DNA of 64,000 nt from a virus: positions 1 through 64,000 of IMG/VR virus record IMGVR_UViG_3300022752_000023. One strand, given 5' to 3'. Of the stretch, positions 38,298-47,265 are shown piece after piece. Made by a program: the position numbers and the translations under genes. The notes below the pieces were generated by a model. That model made no database searches. It saw only the letters and a program-made list of their open reading frames with translations, and was not told where the DNA came from. Position 1 is the first letter of the stretch. Each line of letters starts with the position of its first letter.

Positions 38298-38395
38298 AAT
38301 GCCGGGTTGAGATTTAAACCTAGTCAAAAATTTTGTGTTAATAACAACATTTGTCCAAACTGCCACAGTCAAACATCGACATTTGCTGGTCGAAA

Positions 38396-38466
38396 TTCGG
38401 GGACTAGGATTCGAACCTAGAATAATCCGTCCAAAGCGGATTGTGATACCATTTCACCATCCCCGA
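38396..38466 (-). tRNA. tRNA-Gln (TTG)
   Basis: TCGGGGA/TCCCCGA acceptor, ATCCG-CTTTGGA-CGGAT anticodon arm, CTAGG-TTCGAAT-CCTAG T arm. Confidence 0.92.
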
Positions 38467-38473
38467 GCCGCGC

Positions 38474-38639
38474 ATTGAATCCCTTCATTTACGTATCTTC
38501 TGGCGCACACCTCGGATACCGTCATGACAAGCGTCGCCAGCTCGTGGTTATGACCCACTCACGGTTTGGGTGCCGGACCGTCGGATGATTGCAACGGCTT
38601 TAGCGACCAACTGGGGCACCGGCATGCCCACCGGGATAT
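38474..38639 (-). ncRNA. Structured ncRNA candidate (possibly manA-like) upstream of tRNA-Gln
   Basis: No credible ORF; nested stems ATCCC/GGGAT, GGTGCC/GGCACC, GCCGT/ACGGT, GTCAT/ATGAC, ACGAGC/GCTTGT, GTATC/GATAC; possible pseudoknot. Confidence 0.5.
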
Positions 38640-38918
38640 CTAGTCTTCTTTGGTTGTTGCGTTGTCCGTAAAACTAACAAACTCGCCGCCGTCGTCGTTA
38701 AAGATTAAACCGGGTTCGCCGCCGTCTAATCCCTGTGCCGCGCGCGTCGCATACTTTTTCAGTAAGTTGTAAATCTTGGCGCCGCGACGATCGCCAAATT
38801 TGATGCAGAGCAACGCTTCTACCGTCAAATACTCTTCGTATCCCTCTTCGACGTCGTCCTCTTCGTACGGGTTCTCGTCGTCAATAAACCCGCCAAAATC
38901 AAAATTTTCGTTTTGCAT
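38640..38918 (-). CDS. Hypothetical acidic protein
   Basis: GAGG RBS. Confidence 0.7.
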   Translation of the reverse strand: MQNENFDFGGFIDDENPYEEDDVEEGYEEYLTVEALLCIKFGDRRGAKIYNLLKKYATRAAQGLDGGEPGLIFNDDGGEFVSFTDNATTKED

Positions 38919-38927
38919 AGTATCGCC

Positions 38928-40085
38928 TCAATAAATAACAGTCAATGAAACAACGCAATCGGTTAGCGGAAACAGATAAACACCACGAGCTGAAAACTGT
39001 CGTGGGCGCTCCAATCGCATTACGACGCGGCCGGAGTGCAGCAACGTAGCCACAACATAAGACCCGGTTGACGAGACTGCCGCGTCGATTGAGATAACAT
39101 AATCGGTGTCCGGGACTGGCACCTGAATAGACGCGCCGTGCGCGCCTGTTGCGCCTGTGATTCCGAGCGTAGCAGCTTCTTTTGCGCCGTCAATAACGCG
39201 CTCTAACGACGCGACATCGTCTCGAAGCACGACCGCATAGTGCGCTGGTTTTGTAAACTCGCCTAGATAGCCCGAACGCTCAATCTGTTTGCGCTGCGCT
39301 TCGCTGATCACAGCGGCAATCTCTAGATGCCGCGCAGCGATACTGACATACGCCAGTAACGCCGGGCAGATTGACGCGTAATCTTCTGCAGTGTTGGTGC
39401 CAGTGACCGAAGGAGCAGACCGCGGAGAAACAGGAAAAAACTCGCCCGTTTCCAACAGCAAAAAATGCGTGTTCGTACCGTTGTCGAAAGACATGCCGCG
39501 ATAAGCCGGGCCAACCTCGCCGCTTGGTAATTTGTCACGAAAACTGACGAGGCTGGCCGATAATGCCGAAGCCATTGTGTCCGTAAACTGTGCCGGATTA
39601 AACACGCGCGCAAGCATACGCTCGTTGTAAATCTCTGGAGCACTTGGGTTCACAGTTTGAGTATTTTTGTAAGACTCGGCAACCTCGGCGATTACGGCGT
39701 CAAAGATATCTTGCGCCGGCACGTCTGGATCCGCGAGGCCGTTTTCCACCAAATCGGCAAATAGCGTCAGCGCGGCAACCAAAACGCCAGCCGTATCTTT
39801 TGCTTCCGCGCCGTATTGTTTGGCGATCGCCGGGCCGCGGCCGAGAACCGCCTGCGTGATCGAAAAAGGTACGGCGCCCCAGTTAATGTTTCCGGTCGTT
39901 TGCGCTAGTTGGCTGAGCGCTTTGAAAAACGCCGGATTTTTTGTCGGCAGCTGCGCTTGGCGAAAAAGTTCAAGCGTGCACGCCAGTAGTTTTAGCGCGC
40001 TGTGATCATCAGCGGCTTTGAATTTACCCAGAAACTCCCGAATAAGACTCGACGGTTTTTGTAATTTGTCCACTGAATACTCCAT
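38928..40085 (-). CDS. Hypothetical protein
   Basis: 385-aa ORF. Confidence 0.75.
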   Translation of the reverse strand: MEYSVDKLQKPSSLIREFLGKFKAADDHSALKLLACTLELFRQAQLPTKNPAFFKALSQLAQTTGNINWGAVPFSITQAVLGRGPAIAKQYGAEAKDTAGVLVAALTLFADLVENGLADPDVPAQDIFDAVIAEVAESYKNTQTVNPSAPEIYNERMLARVFNPAQFTDTMASALSASLVSFRDKLPSGEVGPAYRGMSFDNGTNTHFLLLETGEFFPVSPRSAPSVTGTNTAEDYASICPALLAYVSIAARHLEIAAVISEAQRKQIERSGYLGEFTKPAHYAVVLRDDVASLERVIDGAKEAATLGITGATGAHGASIQVPVPDTDYVISIDAAVSSTGSYVVATLLHSGRVVMRLERPRQFSARGVYLFPLTDCVVSLTVIY

Positions 40086-41241
40086 CGCAAACGTTTAAAA
40101 GTGTCATCACGTTCGATTTAAAGGTGCCTGAAATGTTGTGTGCTATGCCGTGGTGGCTATTCACATATGGTGCAAAAGAAGGTTGAACGTGACTATCAAT
40201 AAGAACAGCGTGAAAATTGGGCGCGCGTTCGCTGTCAGAAAGCGCGCAACGTGCTTGAAGAAACAAATGCAGGCCGCGCATAACGTCGCCTATAAGCAAC
40301 ACTACACCGCCTTGTGTTGCACATAACTGACGAACTTGTTCGGCAAATACCAACAGATCTACATAAGTGGCCGCGCCAAAAGCAGCGCCAATCTCTGCGC
40401 CCGGACCGTCCGGGTAAATGTGCCCGGCCATTTCGCCCAACTCTACGTGCACTGTCGCCGGCACACCCAGCGTGTACGCCGAGTGCAGCAAACTGCGGTC
40501 TTTCTCGGCACGCGGCGAGTAAGCCCAGCGCCCGACAGCCTCGCCATAGCCGAGCCCCTGATTCGCGGCCAAGCGGGCCACGTAGTTCAGGTCGTGCGTC
40601 ATGCCACGTTCAGACACGAGAATGTCAGCTACTAATCCTGCGCCGGTTGTCGCGACAGCTGTGACGTATTTTTTTCGCAGCAATTCTATGGCGGTAATAC
40701 CGGCGCCGGCATGGATCGCCAGCGCCGATATAAACAACAAAACTGGTTGGTCGGCAACGCGTGCGTTGTGAATTAAACTTGCCACGTCAACGTGCGCGGG
40801 CGTAATCAAACTCGGCTTGTCAGCCAACACTGGCGGCATTGCGTCGCACGGCGGAGTCGCCGCCCGTAGAGTGTCGAATACAGGAAAAGAACTGTTTAGC
40901 CGAAGCGGAAGCTGAAGCGCGCCGGGATGTTCCACGGTTGTGCCGCGGAGCATTGGTCCGTTGCCCCACAGCAACCAGTCTGGACTGACGTGCGTATGGC
41001 TAAGAATTTGCGCCAGCAACTGCGCTGAAATGGCATACTGGCGTTTGAATACTTTACCAAGATGTGTCGAGTCTAGTTCGATAGCCCGCGCAAACGCCGG
41101 CACGTTGTTATCAAAAAGCGTAGCGCACACATACTCAAGGCGCTGCATCCACGGCTGGTCCAAGTGAGTAAGCTTGCGCCTGTTCTCGTCGCGCTTCTGC
41201 CGCTGCAATTCGCTGAGGTGACTGCTCTTTCTTCTCGGCAT
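40024..41241 (-). CDS. XRE/CI-type HTH fused to a deoxyhypusine-synthase-like domain
   Basis: FARAIELD...VSPDWLLWGNGPM; GLGYGEAVG...SLLHSAYTLGVPATVHV...GGVVLLIG. Confidence 0.65.
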   Translation of the reverse strand: MPRRKSSHLSELQRQKRDENRRKLTHLDQPWMQRLEYVCATLFDNNVPAFARAIELDSTHLGKVFKRQYAISAQLLAQILSHTHVSPDWLLWGNGPMLRGTTVEHPGALQLPLRLNSSFPVFDTLRAATPPCDAMPPVLADKPSLITPAHVDVASLIHNARVADQPVLLFISALAIHAGAGITAIELLRKKYVTAVATTGAGLVADILVSERGMTHDLNYVARLAANQGLGYGEAVGRWAYSPRAEKDRSLLHSAYTLGVPATVHVELGEMAGHIYPDGPGAEIGAAFGAATYVDLLVFAEQVRQLCATQGGVVLLIGDVMRGLHLFLQARCALSDSERAPNFHAVLIDSHVQPSFAPYVNSHHGIAHNISGTFKSNVMTLLNVCDGVFSGQITKTVESYSGVSG

Positions 41242-42232
41242 GATTTGCCTTTCGTTTTTGCTGTATGACTAGTCGTCGTCCGGTTTTCCGCAGAATACCG
41301 GTGCCGGCGAGCAGCCTTATGCCGTGAACAGCACGCAAAACAGCGGCCACCAGTTCATCATATCCGTCCAGCAATTGCATCGGGTAGCGATTGAACTCGC
41401 CAAACAGATAGAAAAACTCGGTCTCGGGTTGATCATGACAATCCGAAACCTTGACTGACTTGATGTACGTCACACGGCTACCGCGAACCCGAACGCACGG
41501 TAGTTTTGTTTTTGGGGCGTGCAGAAAAAACTGTCGCGCTTCTATCAGCCAGCCGTTGTCCTGCGGAACTATCGCCAGTCGCCACATCGACCCGAGTAGT
41601 TTGCGGTTCAGCTGCTTTGTGCACTTGTCGTAGGCAGTTCGTTCTTTTTGCAGCTCACCCCACAGCAATCGTTCGTACGTTTTTACGACATCGAGGCCGC
41701 AGCCGATACGTGGATCCCAGTCAGGTGCGGCCACAAATCGTGCAGCCACCCGGCACGTAGCAATAAGCTTTGTCGCCTTGTTGTGCCGGCCGATCGCTCG
41801 CAACTTTTTACGTACGTCTCGATACTGCGCGGAGCTTATTCGAGCGTAACAAAAAGGACACACATGCGACCGGTTGCACGGACGAAACACCGCGCTCTTT
41901 TTCCACCGAAAAAACATGTAGGTAGGGCGGCAGAACAGGCAACGCTGAAAAGACAGTCGAAAGTTTTTGAAGTCAAAATCAGCGGCGTCAGGGTCTGTTT
42001 CGCGGCCGACGGGAAACCACAGCGCACGAATTGCCAGTTCTTTGAGTTTAATTGTCCACCGCTGCCGAACCGTGTTTGTGCGCCCAACAACCGCGTCGTG
42101 TGTTTTGGCGCCGTTTAAACCCAGCACAAACTGCTGAGCAAACACGTGCGCCATTCGGACGCTGACACGGTGAACGCGCCAATTTTTTATCTGATAGCGG
42201 CGGACGAACCCCGCAAAGTCGATGAGCGCCAT
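41135..42232 (-). CDS. Zn-finger protein resembling a rolling-circle Rep (HUH) with degenerate active site
   Basis: CLFC...PCNRSHVCPFC; LLGSMWRLAIVPQDNGWLIEAR in place of G..raxEvT..nGwHxH. Confidence 0.45.
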   Translation of the reverse strand: MALIDFAGFVRRYQIKNWRVHRVSVRMAHVFAQQFVLGLNGAKTHDAVVGRTNTVRQRWTIKLKELAIRALWFPVGRETDPDAADFDFKNFRLSFQRCLFCRPTYMFFRWKKSAVFRPCNRSHVCPFCYARISSAQYRDVRKKLRAIGRHNKATKLIATCRVAARFVAAPDWDPRIGCGLDVVKTYERLLWGELQKERTAYDKCTKQLNRKLLGSMWRLAIVPQDNGWLIEARQFFLHAPKTKLPCVRVRGSRVTYIKSVKVSDCHDQPETEFFYLFGEFNRYPMQLLDGYDELVAAVLRAVHGIRLLAGTGILRKTGRRLVIQQKRKANHAEKKEQSPQRIAAAEARREQAQAYSLGPAVDAAP

Positions 42233-42546
42233 TACACGTCACCTTTAATAGCGCGCAGCCGAAGAATTTCTTTGCACGCCTCCGTCATCGCCATGCCAAT
42301 AACTTTTGGCACGCAATCGTGGCGCGGTGCCTTAGTTTCGGCCGCGTATTTTGTGAGCGCGTCCATTAAATATGTATGCGCAAGCGTTGACGCGTCTTCG
42401 TCCGTGACGGCCTCTGCTGTTGTGGCCAGCGAACTCAAATAGTCCGCCGTTTCAATCGCAAGTTTTGCGCCGTCGGCACGCGGTTGTTTCGCGGCCCACA
42501 GGGTTAGCTGCTGCTCCAATTTGCGCAACGCCGCTACGTTACTCAT
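42232..42546 (-). CDS. Hypothetical protein
   Basis: Start trimmed to MSNVAAL. Confidence 0.65.
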   Translation of the reverse strand: MSNVAALRKLEQQLTLWAAKQPRADGAKLAIETADYLSSLATTAEAVTDEDASTLAHTYLMDALTKYAAETKAPRHDCVPKVIGMAMTEACKEILRLRAIKGDV

Positions 42547-42884
42547 AAGTTTCCCCACGAACAATCAGCTGGCAATTTTTGCGGCTGACTAAACGTTATG
42601 TTTGTGACTTCTTTTATGGCGTCAAACAAAACAGCGGGCCCGGTGAAACTACCTTTTGTCCCGTCTTCAAATTCAAGCGTCACTGTTTGAAACATATCGT
42701 CACGTTGCTTGGGCGTTTTAACCCAAGCGCCGGCTGACGTGACGAACTGTTCTTTTGATTTTGCCGGTTTTTTCTTAGGTCGTTTTGCCACAATTACCTT
42801 TTTTTCTTTGGGCATTCCTTGTAGCCGCACACAGCGCATTTGCCCCACTGACCGACACGATTCTGGTCGCAACCGCTGCACCAA
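42543..42884 (-). CDS. Hypothetical protein (start uncertain)
   Basis: ORF track; ATGA coupling at its end. Confidence 0.55.
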   Translation of the reverse strand: MVQRLRPESCRSVGQMRCVRLQGMPKEKKVIVAKRPKKKPAKSKEQFVTSAGAWVKTPKQRDDMFQTVTLEFEDGTKGSFTGPAVLFDAIKEVTNITFSQPQKLPADCSWGNL

Positions 42885-42896
42885 AATGTGCCGCGC

Positions 42897-43550
42897 TTAG
42901 TCCGTTGCGCTTTTTGCCGGTTGTTCAGGGTCTTGTCGTTTCGCATGTTCCGGCTCTGCTGATTTCAATAAATCACGAAGTACGGTGCGCATCATCGGCG
43001 TTATTTCAACGTTTGTTGGTAAATCTGGAAACGCCGGCGGTGCGGATAAATAAGCTAACAAGTCCGATTCTTCGTCGGTCAGCGTGTTTTTTGTTTTTGG
43101 CGGCTCTGGTTCTTTAGGTGGCGCGCCGTGGTTGTCTACAAACTCACACGCTGATGTCGCCGTCACAGCATATTGATATTTAACCTCGTGCCGAACAAGT
43201 CGAGTTTCTAAATCCCACGGGCGCGGGATTGGTAAGCGGATCGGCGCGTAAGGCGTAGCCGCAGCATTAACAAAATCGTTTTCGGCTGCCGCGAGAAACC
43301 ACCACCGCAGTGCTTGCGCAGATTCGTAGCTGAATAAACCTAATTTTTCTAACTGCCCAGATCCGTCCCAGCAACCGGGAACAGGCACGCCCTTTTCACC
43401 ACGTGAAAATGATATCCGTGTCCATTTCTCGCCAATCATGTTGCCCAGAACAAACGTCGGCTTTGAAAGTGATCGCGCCTCTACTGAATAACCAATCGTC
43501 GTGCCAGACCCGTTACCGCGGTCTGTCTTGTATCCTTCTTCAAGTTGCAT
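42897..43550 (-). CDS. Hypothetical protein
   Basis: Contains the TLTDEE module. Confidence 0.7.
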   Translation of the reverse strand: MQLEEGYKTDRGNGSGTTIGYSVEARSLSKPTFVLGNMIGEKWTRISFSRGEKGVPVPGCWDGSGQLEKLGLFSYESAQALRWWFLAAAENDFVNAAATPYAPIRLPIPRPWDLETRLVRHEVKYQYAVTATSACEFVDNHGAPPKEPEPPKTKNTLTDEESDLLAYLSAPPAFPDLPTNVEITPMMRTVLRDLLKSAEPEHAKRQDPEQPAKSATD

Positions 43551-43761
43551 TGATTACCTTTCGCTCGTAAGTTTTTGCGAGGTTGCCGTACTCATTGCAT
43601 AAAAGAGTGTCGTCCGTGCGCGCGTCATGGGGAAACACCCACTCGCCGCACGGGCACTCTTCGCCGGACGGAGACGCATGATCTCGGCTGGCCGACTCCC
43701 ATTTTTCACTGCACGCGTCACAGTGAAATATCCGCCAACCAGCCGCGAGTGGTCGTTTCAT
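43540..43761 (-). CDS. Small Zn-ribbon protein
   Basis: CDAC...CPCG; ATGA overlap. Confidence 0.6.
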   Translation of the reverse strand: MKRPLAAGWRIFHCDACSEKWESASRDHASPSGEECPCGEWVFPHDARTDDTLLCNEYGNLAKTYERKVINAT

Positions 43762-44111
43762 TTTGTACGCTCCAGCAACGCCCGCAGCGTGGCGGCGTTC
43801 CTGTCCGACTCGTCGGCCACTCGCTCGTCGTTGTCTCGCCAGTGCTGGGCGTGTTCCTCCCACTCCTCGGCCGCAGACTGAATCAAAAGTCGCTCCGCGT
43901 CGGTGGGCCGCAGCCGTTCAATCTCGGCTTCTAGTTTTGCAATTGCGATTTTGTCTGAAACAATAGCGCGCCGCAACCAATCTTCATCGTCGATATGCGT
44001 GGGTTCTTCGCTGTTAATTACCGCCTGTAGTCGACGAACTTCGGCCGCGAGTAACGCTATCTCGCGATCATCCGGCCGAGATGCTTCAATTACGTCAGGG
44101 TCGATTCTCAT
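43758..44111 (-). CDS. Hypothetical protein, TDxER...LRxLLERTK family
   Basis: Shared C-terminal module. Confidence 0.7.
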   Translation of the reverse strand: MRIDPDVIEASRPDDREIALLAAEVRRLQAVINSEEPTHIDDEDWLRRAIVSDKIAIAKLEAEIERLRPTDAERLLIQSAAEEWEEHAQHWRDNDERVADESDRNAATLRALLERTK

Positions 44112-44530
44112 TTCGTTCTCTCCAGTAGGCCGCGAAGTATCTTAGTTATTTCCCTGCAGCGCTCATTGCAACCGTCATCGTATGAATCAGCGGCTTCCTT
44201 AATCGTCGCCCGCTCTTCGTCGGTGAGCGTGGGCGGCAAATAACACGCCTGTACGTGATCCAAAAAGTGCTGCCACGCGTTATCTGTTCCGGGCGGCATT
44301 GTAGTGTTTTTGCACGGAACAGGTTCGTGTTGCGCAATATACGGACGCATGCCGTCAATAATCGCAATAGCCGCTTTAATTGTCGTGCTTATTGCGTAAC
44401 TATTTGCTTCAGGCGGCATGTTAACTGGCCGCGTAGTGTCCATAAAACCTTCGTGTGCCTGCCACAATAGATTGCGGGCGACTGAAATTAAATGCCGGGC
44501 GTCAGGGTGTAAGTGATTGTTTTCACTCAT
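44108..44530 (-). CDS. Hypothetical protein, TDxER...LRxLLERTK family
   Basis: Shared C-terminal module. Confidence 0.7.
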   Translation of the reverse strand: MSENNHLHPDARHLISVARNLLWQAHEGFMDTTRPVNMPPEANSYAISTTIKAAIAIIDGMRPYIAQHEPVPCKNTTMPPGTDNAWQHFLDHVQACYLPPTLTDEERATIKEAADSYDDGCNERCREITKILRGLLERTK

Positions 44531-44784
44531 TTTGTTGTCACTATTTCGCCGCCCGAGTAATCGCCGCCGGTTACAACCGTCTTAGTGGCGAGCACTTGCA
44601 CCTTCGGCTTTGGCGGAATACGACCAAACCAGATACCGCAGCCGAACAGGCAGAGCCGCATTGCCGGCGCAGAAGATACGCCGATATGCAGTACATAACC
44701 CAGCCCCATCCATTCAAATCTGGCGCCCCAACGCCGCGTCGTATCAAAGTACGTTGTTGTAACAGTCCATGCAGTCGCGGTCAT
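44527..44784 (-). CDS. Hypothetical protein
   Basis: Coupled ORF. Confidence 0.55.
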   Translation of the reverse strand: MTATAWTVTTTYFDTTRRWGARFEWMGLGYVLHIGVSSAPAMRLCLFGCGIWFGRIPPKPKVQVLATKTVVTGGDYSGGEIVTTK

Positions 44785-44787
44785 TGT

Positions 44788-44976
44788 TTATACCTTTTTG
44801 CGTTTTCGTGTTGGTTTGACGGCTATGTACATTTCATCAATTAGGTCGTGCACTATTGGGTCGCAGTCGACGTAGCGATACGGTACGCAGCGTGTGTTTT
44901 TCAGAAACTTGCGGACGAGCGCTTTCAGTCGGCGCAACTCTTCTTTTGCGCTGTTCATGTCACGCGTCTCCAACAA
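44788..44976 (-). CDS. Hypothetical protein
   Basis: ORF track. Confidence 0.5.
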   Translation of the reverse strand: MLETRDMNSAKEELRRLKALVRKFLKNTRCVPYRYVDCDPIVHDLIDEMYIAVKPTRKRKKV

Positions 44977-45262
44977 TCTCTACAGCCACCTGTTTGCTGC
45001 GCTTTTGCCGCTCCAACCATTCGCGTTCTTTCTCAAGATGGCGCTTGGCCGCGTCAATAGAATCAAACGTCATGGGGCTTCCCGTAACCGAGCCGCTGTA
45101 ATGCTCGCACAGCCGTTTTAAATAACAAGTCCACCAGCCCCAGCGATATGCAATTTTCCACCACTCTTCGCCGTTGCCGTCCGTGAACTTGACAAAAAAG
45201 TATTTACGCGTGGGGCAATAATCAGTCCACAGGTACGACTTTTCACCCGTCACGACGTACAT
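44960..45262 (-). CDS. Hypothetical protein
   Basis: GGAGA RBS. Confidence 0.65.
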   Translation of the reverse strand: MYVVTGEKSYLWTDYCPTRKYFFVKFTDGNGEEWWKIAYRWGWWTCYLKRLCEHYSGSVTGSPMTFDSIDAAKRHLEKEREWLERQKRSKQVAVEIVGDA

Positions 45263-45579
45263 TGATTGTCTCCAAGTTTTTTCAGCAGGCCGCGAAGCGT
45301 AGCAGCATGAGACTCAAAAAAGGCTTTTCGCGCCACCGAAACAACCTCTAACGCCCAGTCTGATAGCGCGTCTTCTCCGGCAATAATAGCTTCACGCTCT
45401 TTGTCAGTAATTGGCGCGTCTATTTGAACAATCACTTTACCGCAACACGCCGACAACGTGGCGTCCTGCGCCGCAAGGCGGCGGACAGCTTCCGTGAGTC
45501 TGGCGATCTCGGCCCGCTGATCTTGAATAATCTGGTCGGCCTGCTCCCAAGACATAATCACAGTATTTGGGTCAAGCAT
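45250..45579 (-). CDS. Hypothetical protein, TDxER...ATLRGLL family
   Basis: ITDKEREAI...AATLRGLLKK. Confidence 0.7.
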   Translation of the reverse strand: MLDPNTVIMSWEQADQIIQDQRAEIARLTEAVRRLAAQDATLSACCGKVIVQIDAPITDKEREAIIAGEDALSDWALEVVSVARKAFFESHAATLRGLLKKLGDNQCTS

Positions 45580-45582
45580 TGT

Positions 45583-45672
45583 TCACCTATCGTAACCTCT
45601 GAAATAAAAATAGATAAACGCAATCGCGATCGCGGCGCCGCAGATCTCCGACACCCAGTTACACACAATCAT
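45583..45672 (-). CDS. 29-aa putative membrane peptide
   Basis: MIVCNWVSEICGAAIAIAFIYFYFRGYDR; ATGA-coupled with AAGGAGG RBS; fills the gap exactly. Confidence 0.5.
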   Translation of the reverse strand: MIVCNWVSEICGAAIAIAFIYFYFRGYDR

Positions 45673-45977
45673 GATGCCTCCTTCACAAAGATACCCTCTG
45701 GCGTCAGCGTGCCTTTGCGGTCTTTGATCTGCTCATACGCCATTGCAAGGCAGTATTCGGGCGTGATGCCGTGTAGCTTGCAATACAGAATGAGCGTCAC
45801 AAGTACGTCGCCAACGCCGTCTACGATCGCTGTGGCGTCGCCCTTGAGTGTGGCGTCAGCCAGCTCTCCCAGCTCCGACATCGTCTTCATCAGCTGCGCG
45901 GTCGGATTGCTGTTGGGAATGATCTTCCTGTCCATCGCCCACTGAATCACCTTCTCTTCCAGTTCCTGAAACGTCAT
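45669..45977 (-). CDS. MazG-like nucleotide pyrophosphohydrolase
   Basis: WAMDRKI...KTMSELGELADA...DGVGDVLVTL...AYEQIKDRKG. Confidence 0.85.
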   Translation of the reverse strand: MTFQELEEKVIQWAMDRKIIPNSNPTAQLMKTMSELGELADATLKGDATAIVDGVGDVLVTLILYCKLHGITPEYCLAMAYEQIKDRKGTLTPEGIFVKEAS

Positions 45978-46203
45978 TACAGCGTCCTTGTTGTTTGAGA
46001 TAATCCATCTGCGCTAACAATATCTGATCGTGAAGCGAGAGTAGTTCAAGTGAATACTCACGCAGTTTATGCTTCAGCCGCTCGTACTCGGGCCGAAGAA
46101 GATTAAGCAGGGCGAGGATGTTCCGCATTTCTTGCGGAGTTAACTCGCCCATCGCCAGCCGAATGGCCTGCTTATCGCCGGCCCAGATCTGGTCAAGATT
46201 CAC
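45856..46203 (-). CDS. Hypothetical protein
   Basis: ORF track; partly overlaps the MazG-like gene. Confidence 0.5.
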   Translation of the reverse strand: MNLDQIWAGDKQAIRLAMGELTPQEMRNILALLNLLRPEYERLKHKLREYSLELLSLHDQILLAQMDYLKQQGRCNDVSGTGREGDSVGDGQEDHSQQQSDRAADEDDVGAGRAG

Positions 46204-46543
46204 TGCCGCCGGCTCCCTGCGACGAACGGCACGCGCCGTACACTGGCTTCAACTGTGTTTTGCAGCTCGCCGTGTTTGGCGACCACGTCGGAGAGTGCGG
46301 CGAGCCTTCTGGCTGCGGCCACGGCAGCGGAGGCCACGGCAGAATCGGCTGCCACGGCGATGTGACAGTACGTCCCAGTTTCGTTTCAAGGCTGTTCAGT
46401 CGCGCCTGTAGCGCTTCTAGCGCCGACCGCAGTATCTGCAGCTCTGCCCGCAGTTCTGCGACATCAAGCGCCAGATCCGCCTTCTTGACCTTCGGGCGCG
46501 GCGATTTCTTGCGGCTGTGTTTCTTCTGTAATTTCTTCGCCAT
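46193..46543 (-). CDS. Hypothetical coiled-coil/Pro-rich protein
   Basis: AGGAG RBS before MAKKLQ. Confidence 0.55.
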   Translation of the reverse strand: MAKKLQKKHSRKKSPRPKVKKADLALDVAELRAELQILRSALEALQARLNSLETKLGRTVTSPWQPILPWPPLPWPQPEGSPHSPTWSPNTASCKTQLKPVYGACRSSQGAGGSES

Positions 46544-46979
46544 TAAGCTGCTCCTGCATCTTGGCAATTCGAGCACGCACTAACTCTATGGCTTGCTCGA
46601 CACTTTCAACTTCAATAAACGGGAGCTTGGCCTGTAGGTGCTCCCATTTAGTCGGACCTACGCCGGCTACATTAATCTCGCCGGGCTCTTGACTTCCAAA
46701 CTCTTCCAGCAGCGCAACAGCGGTGGCGGCTTCGCGCGACGGAAAAACCAAAATTCGGTTGTCAACGTCGGAGAAAAACTTCACACCGGTTCGATCGCAA
46801 ATCACATAGCGCACCGCAAATTCACCCGTGTCGATGTAGCTCATGGCTTTAACCGGCGCAGAATAACTTACGCGATTCTGCGGCGCATCCGGGCTGTGGC
46901 AAGTTTTAAACTTTTTACCGCTGCCGCAGGGACACCGGTCGTTACGTTTGATAATGCTATCTTTGCGAATCGTGCTCAC
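46464..46979 (-). CDS. SEC-C motif protein
   Basis: RNDRCPCGSGKKFKTCH. Confidence 0.85.
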   Translation of the reverse strand: MSTIRKDSIIKRNDRCPCGSGKKFKTCHSPDAPQNRVSYSAPVKAMSYIDTGEFAVRYVICDRTGVKFFSDVDNRILVFPSREAATAVALLEEFGSQEPGEINVAGVGPTKWEHLQAKLPFIEVESVEQAIELVRARIAKMQEQLNGEEITEETQPQEIAAPEGQEGGSGA

Positions 46980-47265
46980 GAAAAACCTCCGTGTCGCCGT
47001 TGAGCTGAATTAAACGTCGGCCAGAAGAACTAGACTGGGCCATTGTCTCTTTTTCTCTGGACTGTGCAATACGCAACCAGTTCAACCGGAAATCTTCAAT
47101 CGTGACCCCTTCCCGCGGCAGCAGCAGGTCAATTGTCATGCGCGTCGGGCCGTAGCCGCCGGCCTGATGCATTGCAACGCCAATGACCTGCGCATTAAAC
47201 AACAGCGCAATGCCTTCCTGAAGCTGCTCTAGCGGGTCGGAGTTCGATTCAAACGGCGCCCTCAT
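46957..47265 (-). CDS. Hypothetical protein
   Basis: Coupled ORF. Confidence 0.6.
   Translation of the reverse strand: MRAPFESNSDPLEQLQEGIALLFNAQVIGVAMHQAGGYGPTRMTIDLLLPREGVTIEDFRLNWLRIAQSREKETMAQSSSSGRRLIQLNGDTEVFREHDSQR

Noticed and set aside
38300-38395. HDV-like (theta) ribozyme 3' of tRNA-Gln
   Set aside because: The trailer is AT-rich and I could not build the nested double pseudoknot.
38519-38590. TIGR-like array: CCR occurs four times at 18-nt spacing on the + strand
   Set aside because: There are no conserved edge/loop repeats or TG boxes, it is antisense to local transcription, and it is explicable by chance in GC-rich sequence.
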